Source of the DNA: Octopus sinensis
Taxonomy: Eukaryota
Assembly (NCBI RefSeq): GCF_006345805.1
Contig: NC_043005.1
Span: 33,232,001-33,296,000 of the forward strand
Reading direction: 5' to 3'
Length of the DNA stretch: 64,000 nt
The translations under genes were made by a program, and so were the position numbers. The notes below the pieces were generated by a model, which saw only the letters and a list, made by a program, of their open reading frames with translations, was not told the origin of the DNA and ran no database searches. Positions 26,188 to 41,862 of this stretch are shown piece by piece (the first letter of the stretch is position 1; each line of letters opens with the position of its first letter).

Positions 26188-26323
26188 GTATGTATTATAT
26201 ATATATATATATATATTTACACACACATACATACATACATACATACATAATACATACATACATACATACATACATACATACATACATACATGGAAACTTA
26301 GCGCATTTAAACCCTTACTTAAC

Positions 26324-26355
<32 letters not shown>

Positions 26356-26884
26356 TATATATTATATATAGTTATGCTTGGGGATGGTCATATTTTACCA
26401 ATTAAACAAATATGTGTGTATATATATATAAATATGAATTAGGGCTCTAGGACCTGCATCCAATCTTCTAAACTTAATGTCTAAACTAGAATTCAGTGCG
26501 TATATAAATAGCATCCAAGCTTAACTTAAATCTGACAGCAAGCGAATCAACCCCACGACACCACCTCCTTACAAAGTTCCGTTTTGTCTGACAGCACTAA
26601 AAACCTATGTGGAATAGATAATAGCTTACACAAGAATCTTACAGAAAATTACATGTAAACAAGTAACCAAACATAATAATTTTAAGTGGTTGGCGAAATA
26701 TCTAGTGAAACTCATAATCTAGATAACAGACTAGAAGTCGTAGTTAAACACCCTACGTATGTTGTTGTTAATGACTACGAGGATAATTTTGCCTCTAACA
26801 TTAGATCCTGGTTAATTAACCCGGTTAAATCTGAAATTAGATTAGTTGGTAAGAAAGTTTTAAGGAGATGCAAAAGGATTTTTT

Positions 26885-27035
26885 TTTTGTAAAGAGTACT
26901 AGGGCGTTACTCAACTTTTAAGCCATTTTATCAATCTCGACTGGATGGAGGATAAAGTTGACTTCTGCGCGGTTTGAACAACACAGAATTTTAACCAAAA
27001 CGTTAACGATACTGCTGATCCACCTTCCTAAGTAA
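26885..27035 (-). mobile_element. Highly degenerate SINE (family 1)
   Basis: AAAGTTGACTTC..CGG.TTTGAAC and CGTTAACGATACTGC blocks resemble family 1. Confidence 0.4.
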
Positions 27036-29183
27036 CAGTTGGAAAGCTGCTATCGTACAACAAAGGAGAAATTCCCAAACTGTCATTTTTTTAGCTTAAC
27101 AATATCGAAAATAAGTATAACAGGAGATTTACCCAGTTTGACATTGTCAAATTTACCACTTTGACTGTCAAATTCTGACCAGTTTGATATTGTCGAATTT
27201 TGCCATTCTAGCTCAAGACACTAAATGATATCGACATTATAATGCATGACACAAAAATCCTATTTCTGTCTAAGATTCTGTTCAAAATTCTGAAGAATTT
27301 GATTCAGTTGATCTTTTAATGTAAATATAAGGTCAAACAGTAATGAAAGAATAAATGATCTTACAAAATTATATATTTTACAGGCACTTAACAGGAACTT
27401 TCATTCTCTACATCAAGGCGATGGATTATCTACATCCATAAATCGCCAGCGTAACACATTAAAGAAGGATATTATTCATATAATAAATAGTTCCGGTCTA
27501 AAATGAAGGTAAGACCTAACTTTACTACAATTAAATTCTGTGATGTTACCATTGCATTAAACCATCTATAAAACCCAATAAAATACCCATTTATATTGCA
27601 AGAGTATGATACCAATCACAATCCTTTTAAAAAAACTTAATCAATTATATAACACGAAGGATTTCTAATATGTTCTAAAATAAATAAAAAAATTGATAAG
27701 CCAGCCTTCTACTACAATAGTACATTTCAAACGAGCGAATTCAATAATAAAATCCCCTTTTTATTTCATCTTTCTCTCCTAAAACTAAGAAGAGGCATAA
27801 GACCAGAACACGGTCAATAACATTGACTGGACTGCGCTATTAGACCGCAGATATCGTGTTTTTATTCATTTTATCATAAGAGAGATTTTTCTTACGGTAA
27901 CTGCAGTGAGTCTGCCTTTAGAAATTGAAATATATCACAAACATATTTTAACTATCCTAACATGCTGTTACGCTTAAGCCCTGATTGGCGCTGATACTGG
28001 CGAATATATATATATAGAGAGAGGGGGAGGGGAGAGAGATAATAAAGTAGAATTCACCTTACAAAGCCGGCAATTGCTTCTATGCTTAGATATAGAAAAT
28101 ATGATCGAAATTCATCCAAAGTTAATTAAATTTAAAGAGAACTAAGGAATTATTTCCCGTACACAATCTCATACAAAAAAAAAACAAACGTAAGAAGCAA
28201 TATAATTTGAGAAAAGCTATTTTGTATTTAGCAATAGGTGACGTCAGTGGATAACAAAAGAATAAAAAATAAAGGTAGGAATTCTACGTTATGTCAATTA
28301 AAAACATAGAGATTTTACGTCACAACAATTAGTTATCTATTTATGAAATATAGTAAAATTTTAACATATGAAAAGCAATTATAATTAAAAATTGAAATAT
28401 TCAAACGCCTTCCGAAATTTGTGGCAACATTTCATTGTAAAATTCCAATTAAAATTCCAATTAAAACTTAATTTAGAATTATATAATATATTTCTTCAAA
28501 ACAAATTCAAAATTTATAAACAAGAGTAAGTCGAAAATGTGTATTGTGAAATAAGCTCTAATCCTGAACTACTTTATTATTCTTTAAATAAAAGTAATTC
28601 CGATTCTGATTGTACGATTAAGTTAACACCTAGTTTTGATATTAATTATAATAATAATATTCTTATCTTAACACCTAATTTTGAAAGGAGGACTAGCAGG
28701 AAGTCTTTTAACCATGGCTACTACATACAAGTGAATAAATACCTATGTAAGTGTAAAAACGAAATTGTCCTTTAGAAAATCAGTGTTTAAGAAAAAATAT
28801 AGTCTATTGGTGTAAGGTAATAACAGGGAATTTTGAGTATTATTACATAGGTTCATCTGCTACAATTTGATAATCTCGATTTCATAATCATTCACGTTCA
28901 TTTAAGTATAGTAGAAAAAGTAATTCTACAAATCTCAGTAAATGCATTTGGGGGTTAAAAGTTAGGAACATTAGATATGATGTAAAGTGGTCCATTATTA
29001 GCTATGCTCCATCGTACAATATTAGAAATTATACTTGTGAACTTGCCTTGAAGAAATGTATTATATAACTACTTCTAGATTAATTTTACTAAATTTTAAT
29101 AGGAATTTTACATACGCATATGCATATACGTATACATATGTGATTATATAATATATATATAATATAAAAAAATATATATATAT

Positions 29184-29347
29184 AGTCGCAGGAGTGGCTG
29201 TGTGGTAAGTAGCTTGCTAATCAACCACATGGTTCCGGGTTCAGTCCCACTGCGTGGCATCTTGGGCAAGTGTTTTCTGCTATAGCCCCGGGCCGACCAA
29301 TGCCTTGTGAGTGGATTTGGTAGACGGAAACTGAAAGAAGCCTGTCG

Positions 29348-29389
<42 letters not shown>

Positions 29390-29600
29390 TGTGTGTCTGT
29401 GTTTGTCCCCCTAGCATTGCTTGACAACCGATGCTGGTGTGTTTACGTCCCCGTTACTTAGCGGTTCGGCAAAAAAAGAGACCGATAGAATAAGTACTGG
29501 GCTTTCAAAGAATAAGTCCCGGGGTTGATTTGCTCGACTAAAGGCGGTGCTCCAGCATGGCCGCAGTCAAATGACTGAAACAAGTAAAAGAGTAAAAAGA
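29184..29600 (+). mobile_element. Full-length tRNA-headed SINE (family 2)
   Basis: A box TGGCTGTGTGG, B box GGTTCAGTCCC, internal (TA)n(TG)n, conserved tail and (AAAAGAGT)-like repeats. Confidence 0.92.
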
Positions 29601-29658
29601 TTAAAAAAATACATATAATATAAATAATTATATATATAATATAAATAATTATATATAT

Positions 29659-29804
29659 AAAGCGACGAAAATATTTTGACAAATTAGATTTAAATGTTGA
29701 AATGAATCTAACGGTTTTTTGTGTGTTTCTTAAATGGCTTATAAACACCTTCCACGCTGCAATTGTTTTCGTTCCAGAACACGATCTACGCAAGTACATC
29801 TCCG

Positions 29805-29807
<3 letters not shown>
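29659..29807. repeat. Single arm of the interspersed repeat that forms the 56891-57110 hairpin
   Basis: AAAGCGACGAAAATATTTTGACAAATT...CACCTTCCACGCTGCAATTGTTTTCG...CAAGTACATCTCCGTAA is homologous to 57009-57174. Confidence 0.75.
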
Positions 29808-29867
<60 letters not shown>

Positions 29868-30216
29868 AGATAAGAAAATGGAGAAATACATCTAAATCAA
29901 ATATCAATTACCAGATAATACTCAATCACATACTTTATTAAACCACCACATAAGAGACTGTAGGGTTAAATATAAAAAACAGAACAAATCAGTGTACATA
30001 AAGGAATGTACATAAAAAAGTGTACATAAAAGAGTAATGTTGTATAATAATTAGAATATATATAAAAAGAATATAAATACAAGTAAATATAAATATAAGT
30101 ATAAATTAGATCTTACAGCTGTTTCGGCCATGTCGATAATTATGTCTCATTTTATACGTTATCCCATAGAGGGTTGCATTTACAACCCCTATATAAATTT
30201 GTATATATATATATAT

Positions 30217-30641
<425 letters not shown>

Positions 30642-31932
30642 TAGGAAGGAAAAAAGGGCATATATATATAAGCTACATAAATGCAGTCTTGGCAATGGTG
30701 GTGCTGCGATCAAATCTATCAACCTCATCAGACTCCCATCACAACTGACTTGAGTTAAGGATGTTACAGTTTCCAATTGGCTGGATTGAAAAGGTACAGT
30801 CGTGATATCTCACAAGTGTTTGATGAAATTTTCGTCAGCACATTTTGGGCAATATAACGCCTTCAGTAATTAATTTAGTTTCTATCTAAGAAGACAAGAA
30901 AGTTGTCTTGCATAAAGATTTATCTTGAAAAACTGGGACAAGCTTCAATCATAAATGCTAACCTGGTTCAGATTTTAATTGTATATTAAATAAGGCTGAT
31001 ATAATCAATGACTGAAGGGGCCGAAAGTCTGTTGTGTGCAATTTATTGTAGGTAGAACTTTTTAGAGTGAAAACGGATAATTTTATTTTGAAAACGGATA
31101 ATTTTATTTTGAATATTCAAAATTTTGGTTTTTAATAAAAAGAATGTTTTTCTAAGGGTAAAAAAATGAAAGTCAAAATTGATTCTGACAATATTTGAAC
31201 ACATATGTAAGAGGTATTAAACCATATATCATTATGTTGGGCACTTTGCCAACTGCATCAACATATCTTCAATCCGTCTTCCTATTACCGATCTACTTAT
31301 ATAATAATAATCTCAATTGCAGCTGTTCAACTGCAGTCCTATTAACTAAGCAACTAATGAATGTCAAATGTGAAAATATGTGCAGATAAAAAACGCTTTA
31401 AGTAAAAATAAGTGCCATTTTAGATTACTCAACCTCTTCAGATTATTCCCCTACTTTTGCTATACAGCAATTTACAATGAGAGATAGAAAGAGAATATGA
31501 TGAGCAGTAAAAATGGAGTACTATAGAACATGCGTGTAATAGATATTGAATTACATTTTGAGAATTTTCTCTCGATTGCAGCTAAAACGAACGCCTCACC
31601 AACATAAGCACTATGTCACAGAAAAATGTTAACCTAATAATTACAAATACAGGACATACCAGAAAATAGAGAGGTAAAGCATAAGATTACGTATTGAAAC
31701 AGACTCCATTAAACACTGATAAAAAATTATGGACAATGAGTTTTATCAAGTGGCTTCGATAAAGAGACTGCTAAGGTTTGATTTACGATGGTGAAGTAAA
31801 TTTATATCTAAAAAAATGCAAATACGCTAAATTACGAAAGATCTTTATACAAGATGTTTGTTAATTATTATTATCATCGTCATCATCACTACAATAGTTA
31901 TTATTATCATTATTATTATTATTTTTTTTTTT

Positions 31933-32418
31933 ATATGGTTGTCTTTTACTTTATATTTGTACACGTTGACGCCAAGTCTCACCCAGGGACCTCAAGGGAC
32001 AAGTTAGAAGTTCAAGTTGGTGTTAGGACTAGGGTGCCATATTTTTGGTTTTGCATAGAGTATTGTTCTAGAGAACGTCTGTCAAAACATAATAAAATAA
32101 GAAGTTTCTTTTAAAAGTAATTTGACGATAAGATGATAATGCGATGTTAAGATGATGCTAAAAGGTGTTTGCTATTATGTACATTTAAAAGTACTTTTAA
32201 CAATGCTTACAGATTAAAATGTTTTGGGGACTACATAGACAATATTTTTCGTAGGATATGAGCAGTTCCCATGAGCACTATTTTTAAAATGTCTTCCATT
32301 TTGGATTTCTTAGTATCTGAGATAACTAGCAATCAGCCATTTTTGCTATCATTCCTAGGGAACCTATGACAATAGGTATTGTTTTAGTCTTTTTGCCAAT
32401 TTCTATTTCCAGATATTA
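31933..32418 (-). mobile_element. R4/Dong-like family A 3-prime fragment, copy 2
   Basis: LEIEIGKKTKTIPIVIGSLGMIAK...KIVLMGTAHILRKILSM plus a 3-prime UTR homologous to 13700-13844; ATT-type microsatellite on both sides. Confidence 0.8.
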
Positions 32419-32437
32419 TTATCATTCTTCTTCTTAT

Positions 32438-32453
32438 TATTATTATTATTATT

Positions 32454-32527
<74 letters not shown>

Positions 32528-32546
32528 TATTATTATTATTATTATT

Positions 32547-32611
<65 letters not shown>

Positions 32612-32632
32612 TATTATTATCATTATTATTTT
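32438..32632. repeat. (ATT)n/(CAT)n compound microsatellite
   Basis: Read directly; explains the poly-H, poly-M and poly-D ORFs. Confidence 0.95.
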
Positions 32633-32721
32633 TTTTATCACGTGCTTTCACTGCAATACTCTAATTTCTGCTGTATTGAAAGTGTTTTACATAGGATGTG
32701 TGCGATGCCTAATATATTATA

Positions 32722-35720
32722 TATAAACTTAGATAAACTTAGATATGTTTCGACCAAAGATTGGTCCAGGCCATGTCTAACTTAATAGCACCGCCTGATA
32801 GGATTATTTGAATCCTGTTTAAGTCAAGTTTTGTTTATGGACCATTCAAGTAGTAAGTTTTTGTTGCAATGTACATGTATGCTGTGATCTTGAATTGGGC
32901 AGAGGACGTATGGCCCGTGGTCCCAGTCTTGGATGAACCTTGAAGCTAATGTTCAGGTCGTTTGGACAAAGTTGGCGGTACATTCTGCACATCGTACAAA
33001 TGATGTACCGCTCACGGCGACGCTGGAGAGAGTAGAGTTTCAAGGCTTTAAGGCGATCCCAATAATCGAGAGCAGCCATGCCTTCAATTCGTTTAGTGAG
33101 TGCCCTCTGAGGTGATTCAATCCTCGAGATGTTTTGTCTTATATGGGGAGACCACAGTGGGCAGCAGTATTCGAGGTGTGGCCGTACAAAGGAGGAGAAA
33201 AGTGGTATGATGATACCTTGTTCTCTGGACCGGAAAGTTCTTAAGATCCGGGAACTCATCCTACGAGCTATATCGACCTTCTTGTTGATGTGTGCACTCC
33301 AACTGAGATCGTCATCAACAATTACACCCAGGTCTCTGATATTGTTAGAGGCTGTGAGCGGTTCCCCTGAAGGAAGAGAGTATGGCTGTTTTAGTGAGGA
33401 ATTTCTTCCAAAATGCATCAGCTCAAATTTTCCCTCGTTCAGTTGCATTTTGTTTCTGTCTGCCCATTGACTCACAGCATATAGATCAGACTGGAGTTCG
33501 GTCTGCTTCTTCATTGACGATTTGCTGGAGCTTAGTGTCATCAGCAAATATTTTCACTTTGCAGTAATGTACGACACTGGAAAGGTCGTTTATGTAAATT
33601 ATGAAGAGTAGCGGACCCAAGACAGTCCCCTGGGGGACACCGCTGGTGATTTTTACTGGGCTTGAGTGGACTCTATCAACTACAACATATTCGCCAGGAA
33701 ATACTTAATCCAGTGTAGAACTTTTCCACGGATTCCAACATTTGCCAATTTTGAGAGTAGGATATTATGGTCTACCCTGTCGAACGCTTTACTGAAGTCA
33801 AGATATATGACATCAGAGTTCGAACCTGTTCCCAAGGCTTTCAGTACATCTTCAATGTGGTGTAAGAGCTGTGTTTGACAGTCCCTCCCACAGCGAAAGC
33901 CACGCTGATTTGTATTTAGGAGTTTGTGGGTCTCCAGGAAGTCAGCTATCCTTGATCTTAACACTCTTTCAAACACTTTAATGATGTGGGAGGTGAGTGA
34001 GATTGGGCGATAGTTGAGTGCGAGGGATCAGTTTCCCTGTTTGAAAACCGGGATGACTGACTGGGATAGAAACTGTTTCGGTATATAACCTGCGTCTAAC
34101 GAATTTCTCCAGAGGTTGGTCAGAGGGACTGCAAGTTGGTGTCTACATTCCTCCAGGAGACTAGCGGGGAATCTATCAGGGCCTACAGCAGAGTACTATT
34201 TGACCTCATTTATTGCTGCTATGATGTCAGTGGCAGTGAAGGTTATGTCTGAGATTTTATGTTGGGAGTCAACTTCGTTCGCTTCTCTTACGTCAATATC
34301 AGTGGGAACACTAAAGACAGAGCAGTATTGTTTCTGCAGTATTTCTGCCATTTCTTTAGTATCGTGTTGGGGAATGTCATCAATCAATGGCCCAATGGGT
34401 GAGACAGTGGTTCTATGCTTTTGGGTTCTGTTTGATGTTTTTGATTACCCACTGTTCCTCCACAGCTCTTTGATTTTCAATGGAGGTTTTCATGTCGGTC
34501 TGCAGATGAAGTTTTTCCAGCTCTAGCCTTTTCATTGTTGTTGAATGTGGATGTTGTATGTGGGAATATTTTAATTGGTTGATTTTTTGTTGAGTCTTTT
34601 GATGCGCCTGATGAGTGTTTTTTTTCTTTTTAGGGAACCGGTTTCTGTTTGTGTTAGTAGATTTCGTGAGAGCGTGTTTAGAGCATGTACAAGTGACAAT
34701 GTTTTCAAAGTGCTGCCATGCGGTCTCAATATGGGTGGAATTGAGAGTAAAAGACCAGTCGATGTAAGACAGATCCTTTCTGATTGCTCCCCAGTCCGCT
34801 TTGTGGAAGTTTATGTTGTCAAATGAGTGCCATGGAGTGGGATTGGCTGGTTTGGTTTTTATATGTCGGGAATTAAAATTGCAGAGTACCATGTCGTGGT
34901 CTGAGAGGAGAGTTTTTTCAACTGAAATACTGTGAACGAAGCTAGAGTGATTGGTCAATACCAGATTCAAGATCGTTTTATTCTGTCTCGTTGGTTCGAG
35001 CACTAGCTGAGTCGGGAAGTATTCATCCATTAGATTAAAGAGCAGTTCTGCTGCTGCTCTATCTGATGTAGAGCATTTGCCTAACTTCAGAGTATTTGTG
35101 GGCCAGTTCACATGAGGGAGGTTAAAATCACCTATCACGAGTATGTTTCCGGAGTTGAACTTCCGAAGGAAGGACTTGACTTTGCTAAGGCACTCTTCAA
35201 AGCACTTTAGAGGTGCTTGGGGAGGCCTGTAAAGACCAACAAGGATTATGTCCTTGGCCTTGCTGAATAGTGATACAGATTCACAATAGCCATTGGAAAA
35301 TATGTCCTTGGCATCAAGTGAAAAGGAGTCATGGATAAAGATGGCTATAAAGATCCCTTATTTCGGTCTGTGCGATCCGCACGAACAATGGTGAAATCTT
35401 TTATTTTCACCTCGGCGTCCATATGGGTGTTGTTCAGGTGAGTCTCGGTAAGGATAAAGAAAGGGTAGCAATGTGCCGTTTCGGCAAGCCAACTCTCTAT
35501 GTATGGGATCTTCCATTTTTGGGCAATAATTGATGGGTTGATGCAACGCACATTTAACAGGAATGTCGAGGTAAGAGAAGTTTGATGTTTGCATTGTTCT
35601 AAGTTATGTTTTATGTTGTTCAGTGGTAACAATGTGGGTAGTTCTTGTATGAAGCTGTGTGTGTATGATTTTCTTGTTGGTAGTGGGTGTGTGGTCCTTG
35701 TGATTTGCATAGGTGGTTGC
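32722..35720 (-). mobile_element. CR1-like LINE: near-complete ORF2 (APE endonuclease + RT) with 3-prime tail
   Basis: APE: FLLNVRCIN, LTETHL, IVRADR, IGDFNLPHVNW, NLVLTN. RT: YRPISLTSHIIK.FER, QRGFR.GRDC.TQLL, YLDFSKAFDRVDH, GVPQG.VLGPLLF, IFADDTK, RDLGV, VRPHLEYC.PLWSP. Several frameshifts. Tail ends in (ATCTAAGTTT)2. Confidence 0.9.
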
Positions 35721-36511
35721 TGATAGCTCGTTGGATCTCCTAACTTAGGTCGGCCTTCATATTTTCTAGGTAAGTCAGTAAAAAAGAGTTACCTCTTTGG
35801 TTTGCCACTTGGTCAGAGGATACATATTTCATGTTTATGTTATTTGGTGTTATGGTTTTTTCATGGTTCTGTCTTCGTTGTTTGATTGTAGGAGGGGAAA
35901 CGTGGTTGTATTTTGTTTTTGTTGTTGTCGTAGATCTCCTCTGTTGCTATTTATATTTATTTTGCGATCGTTTTGTTCAGTGTCAACGGACTCAGAATAT
36001 TCTAATTATTAACATTACTATCTTCTTCATCACTACCATTAATATAAGTGCTATTGTTGTTGTTGTTGTTGTCGCCGCCGTCGTCGTCGTCGTCGTTGTT
36101 GTTGTTGTTGTTGAGTATCAACGGTTTCGTTTTCCTAGAGCACAACAAAAGTTTTCTAAGGGGATTATTTTTAATGCCTAAGGACTTCGGGACGTATAGA
36201 GGTGTACCCGGCTTAAAGAAACGGTTTCACTTTAAGAAGTTTGTTTAAATATTGCGATAAGAAAATGTATACAAAACTTACTTCTATTGCAAAACAGCCG
36301 CTTCAAAATTGTCAAGGTCTAAGACACAGAAACAGTAGCACTCCAAATTAGTAATCTAGCATAGAAACCTTCCAGCTTAGGTACACAAACACACATACAT
36401 ATATACACATATACATACGTACATATATATACAAACATATACACATATATATACCTATATGCATACAGACGTATATATGCATATATACATACATGCATAC
36501 ACACGTATATA

Positions 36512-37503
<992 letters not shown>

Positions 37504-37559
37504 CAATTCTGGTGTAAACTTATTTCAGAATATAAGGCACTGTAACAGATTTTTAAATA

Positions 37560-38260
37560 AACTATGAAGAGTTAAAGTAGGTTGGACCATGTATATTCGT
37601 GATTTTTTCTACACATTATACTATTCTTGTTTTGAAAAGAATGGAAGAAGGTATACTTAGTGTTATTAATATAGTGTTTAATAAAGGCAATAAGTATATT
37701 TCCATTAAAACGATGAATTTTTTTTATCTAATTGTAGATATAATGGTTATATGTGTTTTAGTAAAAGTAGACTAAAGGAGATAGTCGGCTTTATCCTTAC
37801 TAATGCATATAATGGTTGGTGATTGTAGCCTTTTGTTAGCAGATATATAATTGTCTTCAAACCGAAAGAAAAGATAGGTTTGGTCAAACTACAATTATTT
37901 TGAATATTTGCTTGGAAAATATATATCCAGGGAATCTTGAAGCGACTATAAATAGTGACTCGGTAGATGATGTTAACTACTTAAATGTTAAGATAGTGTA
38001 GACAAAAAATGTGAGTAGTATTTATAATAAAACTAATAACTTAAGTTTCCGCATTGCATCGTTACCATGGGCTCAACTAGAATTCCTTTTACGACAGACA
38101 ATAATGTGTTTTCCAGTCAAGTTATTAGATACGGTAGATTAATAAATAAGGCTGGAGTGTTATTGGATAGAATTAAACAGTTAATACAACATGAAAAAAC
38201 AAGGTTACATAAAGAAAAGGTTAGTTAAATGTTTTAACTGTTGTTTGAGGAAAGAGGATG
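37560..38260 (+). mobile_element. Degenerate PLE reverse transcriptase of a second lineage
   Basis: RDFSTHYT (cf. DFSTLYT), CSL.LADIY-like motif B, YPGNL, V.YLNV, SSIYNK, SSQVIRYGR; many stops. Confidence 0.6.
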
Positions 38261-40235
38261 AAATTTTCAAGAAATATGGAATGATCTCGAATTTGTACAG
38301 TTTTAAGGAGTGATTAGTTTTAATTAAAGGTAAAGGTTAAATCGTTATTTAGCAGCTTGTAAATTGGTTGTCATTTATTATTGTGTACTAAGTCACTTCC
38401 GTTGGATAGTTGATATGGACTTCGGTCTTTTGAATGATAACGATATTTCGGTTTCTGGCAACGATTGTATTAAAATGTAAGTGGCTTTCGTTAATTTTTT
38501 TTCTTTTTGCTGCACGTGGAGTTTCGGTATCTTATACAAAGAATATTTTCGTTGGTATGTTTGTTTTAATAATTTTTTTAATGTTTATAGGTTGTTAGTT
38601 TAAATTCCGTATGTATTTGTTTATTTTATTGCCTTCACACTAGACAGACACTAAACAGGACAGAACAGAGAACACAAGTAGCAAGCATTTTCTTCTGTTT
38701 AACTAAGTTATTCAGTTTGATGCAGTTATGTCGTTTATGTTATAAATTTGTTTTAATTCGGAAGTTTTGTCATATCTCTATTTATTTTATATTATTTATT
38801 TATTGTATTATAATTTTTAAATTTTTTAAATTTTTTAAAATTTTTTAATAAGCAGTTTATTCGGTCAATTTATTTTCTGTAATTAAACATAATCAAATTG
38901 GTTTTGATCTATGCTTGCCCTTTTCCCTTGTTCATGATTCAAGGACGCTGTTTATATACGCTTCCTTTTTTCTTTTTTTTTTTTGCGTTGTTTCATATTT
39001 GGAGTATATTATAGAATGAGAAATAGTATATCTATTAGTCTACGTTCATTAATTAATCTATATGTTTGAAGTTCTAAGTTTGTTGTTCTTTGTGTTCTTA
39101 TTATCAGTGGTTCAGCAGATTTTGTTCAACGCATTTAATTCGCTAGTTATGTATAGAACTATAGTTTTTTGGATCGCAATGTCCTTTGTAGAAGAAATTT
39201 CTTTGCTTTATAGATAGTTTTGTTTTGTTTCTGTCAATTTCTATCTTTTGTAGCTATAAGTTAATATTATTTTCTTTGTATTCGATGTTGTTATTTATAA
39301 TAATAAGCAGGTGTTATCCTAATGAGTATATTTCGCTGTTTCACTCCTTCTGTTTATCTGTTGGTTGCCAGGCAGCGTTTATGTTTTAATGCTAATGGCA
39401 CCACTGGGTTGAATGGCACTGCCCAAGTGTCGAAACTGTAGTGATACTGTTTCTTTAAAATGTTGTTCTTGCACATTATCTAAGAGGAATCGATGTTATC
39501 AGGTCATCATCAGGAAATGTTATGACCGATTTAAGATGACAACCATAACTTCTCAATACTCAGCTCTCTCCACAAAACTGTTATATCTTTCCTGTATTTC
39601 AGATAAGATATCTATATTAGGTGGAACACACCTATAAAGATCGAGAAGGTTGGCTTAATTTTCTTTTGTTTACTCATTTTTAACCGATTTGATTTTCTTT
39701 TTAGTGTTTAAGTATTTTGCGAATTTGTCTATAAATGAGTGACTGAAATAGCCGTTAGTTGTTGAACGGAAGAGTTGTCCTGTTACAATTAATATCCACT
39801 TCAATGCCAACTATAGCAATAACTATATGAGCACACCTAGTTTTATTATTAATGGTTCAACCTTCTGCCACTATTAACTACACCCATGAAGTAGTTTTTT
39901 GTTTTTAGGTTTGAACTGAAAATTTCGATAACACTATCGTCACATCTGGAGCGAACTAATCATGTAGACATCAGACATTTTTTAAAACGCTATCATTTAA
40001 GGTGGTATGCAATAAAGTTGCGAATAGATATCGGTAAAACAAAGGAGTCTTTATTGTCTACACCAGTAAGTTAATTCCGTTATTATTTCACAAATAAATA
40101 TGTTATGAGACTTTACTCCTTCGCTTATGTTATACTTCTTTATACTCTCTCTCTCTCTCTCTCACTCCTTCTATCTCTCTCCTTTCTCTCTTTCTCACTT
40201 CTCTCTCTCTTCTTTCTTTCTCTTCACTCTCTATG

Positions 40236-40305
<70 letters not shown>

Positions 40306-40512
40306 TCCTTTTTTTATTTGTTTCAGTGATGTGACTGCGGACATACTGGAGCACTGCCTTTAGTCGAACAAATCGACCCCAGGACTATTCTTTGAAAGCC
40401 TAGTATTTATTCTGTCGTTTTCTTTTGCCGAACCGCTATGTCACGGCGATGTAAACACACATTCATCGGTTGTCAAGCGATGGTGGGGGGACAAACACAG
40501 ACACACAAACAT

Positions 40513-40575
<63 letters not shown>

Positions 40576-40598
40576 TGTATATGTATGTATGCATATAC

Positions 40599-40630
<32 letters not shown>
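40306..40630 (-). mobile_element. 3-prime half of family 2 SINE with expanded internal microsatellite
   Basis: TTTCAGT.ATGTGACTGCGG...GCACTGCCTTTAGTCGA matches the family 2 tail. Confidence 0.8.
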
Positions 40631-40633
<3 letters not shown>

Positions 40634-40869
40634 TGACATAACAAATAGGTGTCGTGACAAATCTCACGGCCGTTTCCGCATCCGTTGCCAAACGCTGTCT
40701 ATAAATGATTGCGAAAATATAATTCTTCATAGGATATTCGAATTAAGGCACGCAGCTTCATCAGAGCAAAAGACAAGACCATCCAATATAAACAAAGGGA
40801 AGAAGGAATAGGAAAGAAAACATGGCCTAGAAAAGAAGTCTATAATCCCAATATATTAAAAGCAGCTAA

Positions 40870-41600
40870 TCTACCATTCTTCCTTCTTCTCTGAAGCGTT
40901 TTCCGGTTTGTCAGTTTTTTCTTTCACTTCCTTCGTAGCTTTTGGGGGAGGAGCCTCATTCTCTTTTTTATTTTTGGTACACTTGGAGAGAACATGGCCC
41001 CTCTCTCCACACTTGAAGCATCGGGGCCTACGTCCCTCCACGGCCACTCGCATTAATAGCCCTCTCCCCTACAAATACCCTATCGGGTAAATTTTCTAGG
41101 GTTTCATTCGAAGCTTGGACCACCATTTTTAATGTCTGGCCATTCCAGTTTATTGCGTTTTTCTTTTTCATCTGTAAAATGGACATCTCTTCCTCTACGT
41201 CGTAAATTATTGCCGCTGCTACCCACATAACTTTATATCCTGCTGGGATTTCTTCGACCGTAATTTTTGCAGTTCTGCGTCCCAAGTATGTGGGTAGCAG
41301 CATTATCTCCTTCTTTAGTGTCCTTGTTGACACTAAACAAGCCTCTTTGGCTATGTTAGCCGTTTGGAACTGCGCTTCGACAGTCGTGCTTCGTGTTCCA
41401 CTGCTAGCGTAGCATACCTGATTCCATATTGGTGCCATGCACCTCTCCACCACTTCGTTCTTGGCTTCCATTATTCGCTTTTCCTACAGGCTGTAAATCT
41501 TATATACCACGGTTCTAGCATTAATTGCTTGTACCGTTTCAGGAAGCGGAAACAGTTTAGTGTCGCTGCTACTTTTTTAAATTAAATTTTGGAACTTGAA
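40870..41600 (-). pseudogene. LINE ORF1/gag-like relic with a CCHC zinc knuckle
   Basis: Two frameshifted ORFs (41028-41471 and 40871-41053); CFKCGERGHVLSKC is C-x2-C-x4-H-x4-C; the upstream part resembles 41863-42321. Confidence 0.65.
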
Positions 41601-41862
41601 CAGTTGTTCCGTTTTTATTTCTAACTCACTTAGATTTCCGCCCACTGCAGCCGAGAAACTTGGTTTGCCTGTGTTTCCTCATTATTACTTGTTAATCCTT
41701 TTCCCATCGCAGGAAAATCCTTTCGGCATGCAATATTAAATTCCATCACAAAAACTTTTTTTTTAAACTTTGTCACAAATAAAAAATTCACAAAAAATTA
41801 ACCCAGTAACAAGTATAACAAACACATGAATAATAAGGAAAAATAAGAGAATAGAGAGCACA

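Noticed and set aside
29184-29270. tRNA genes
   Set aside because: The A/B boxes belong to SINE heads and no complete cloverleaf is present.
30107-30150. Hammerhead 3-prime half on the minus strand (GGCC-GAAA-CAGCTG-TA-AGATCT)
   Set aside because: The CUGANGA core and the stem II partner are missing; at best a dead relic.
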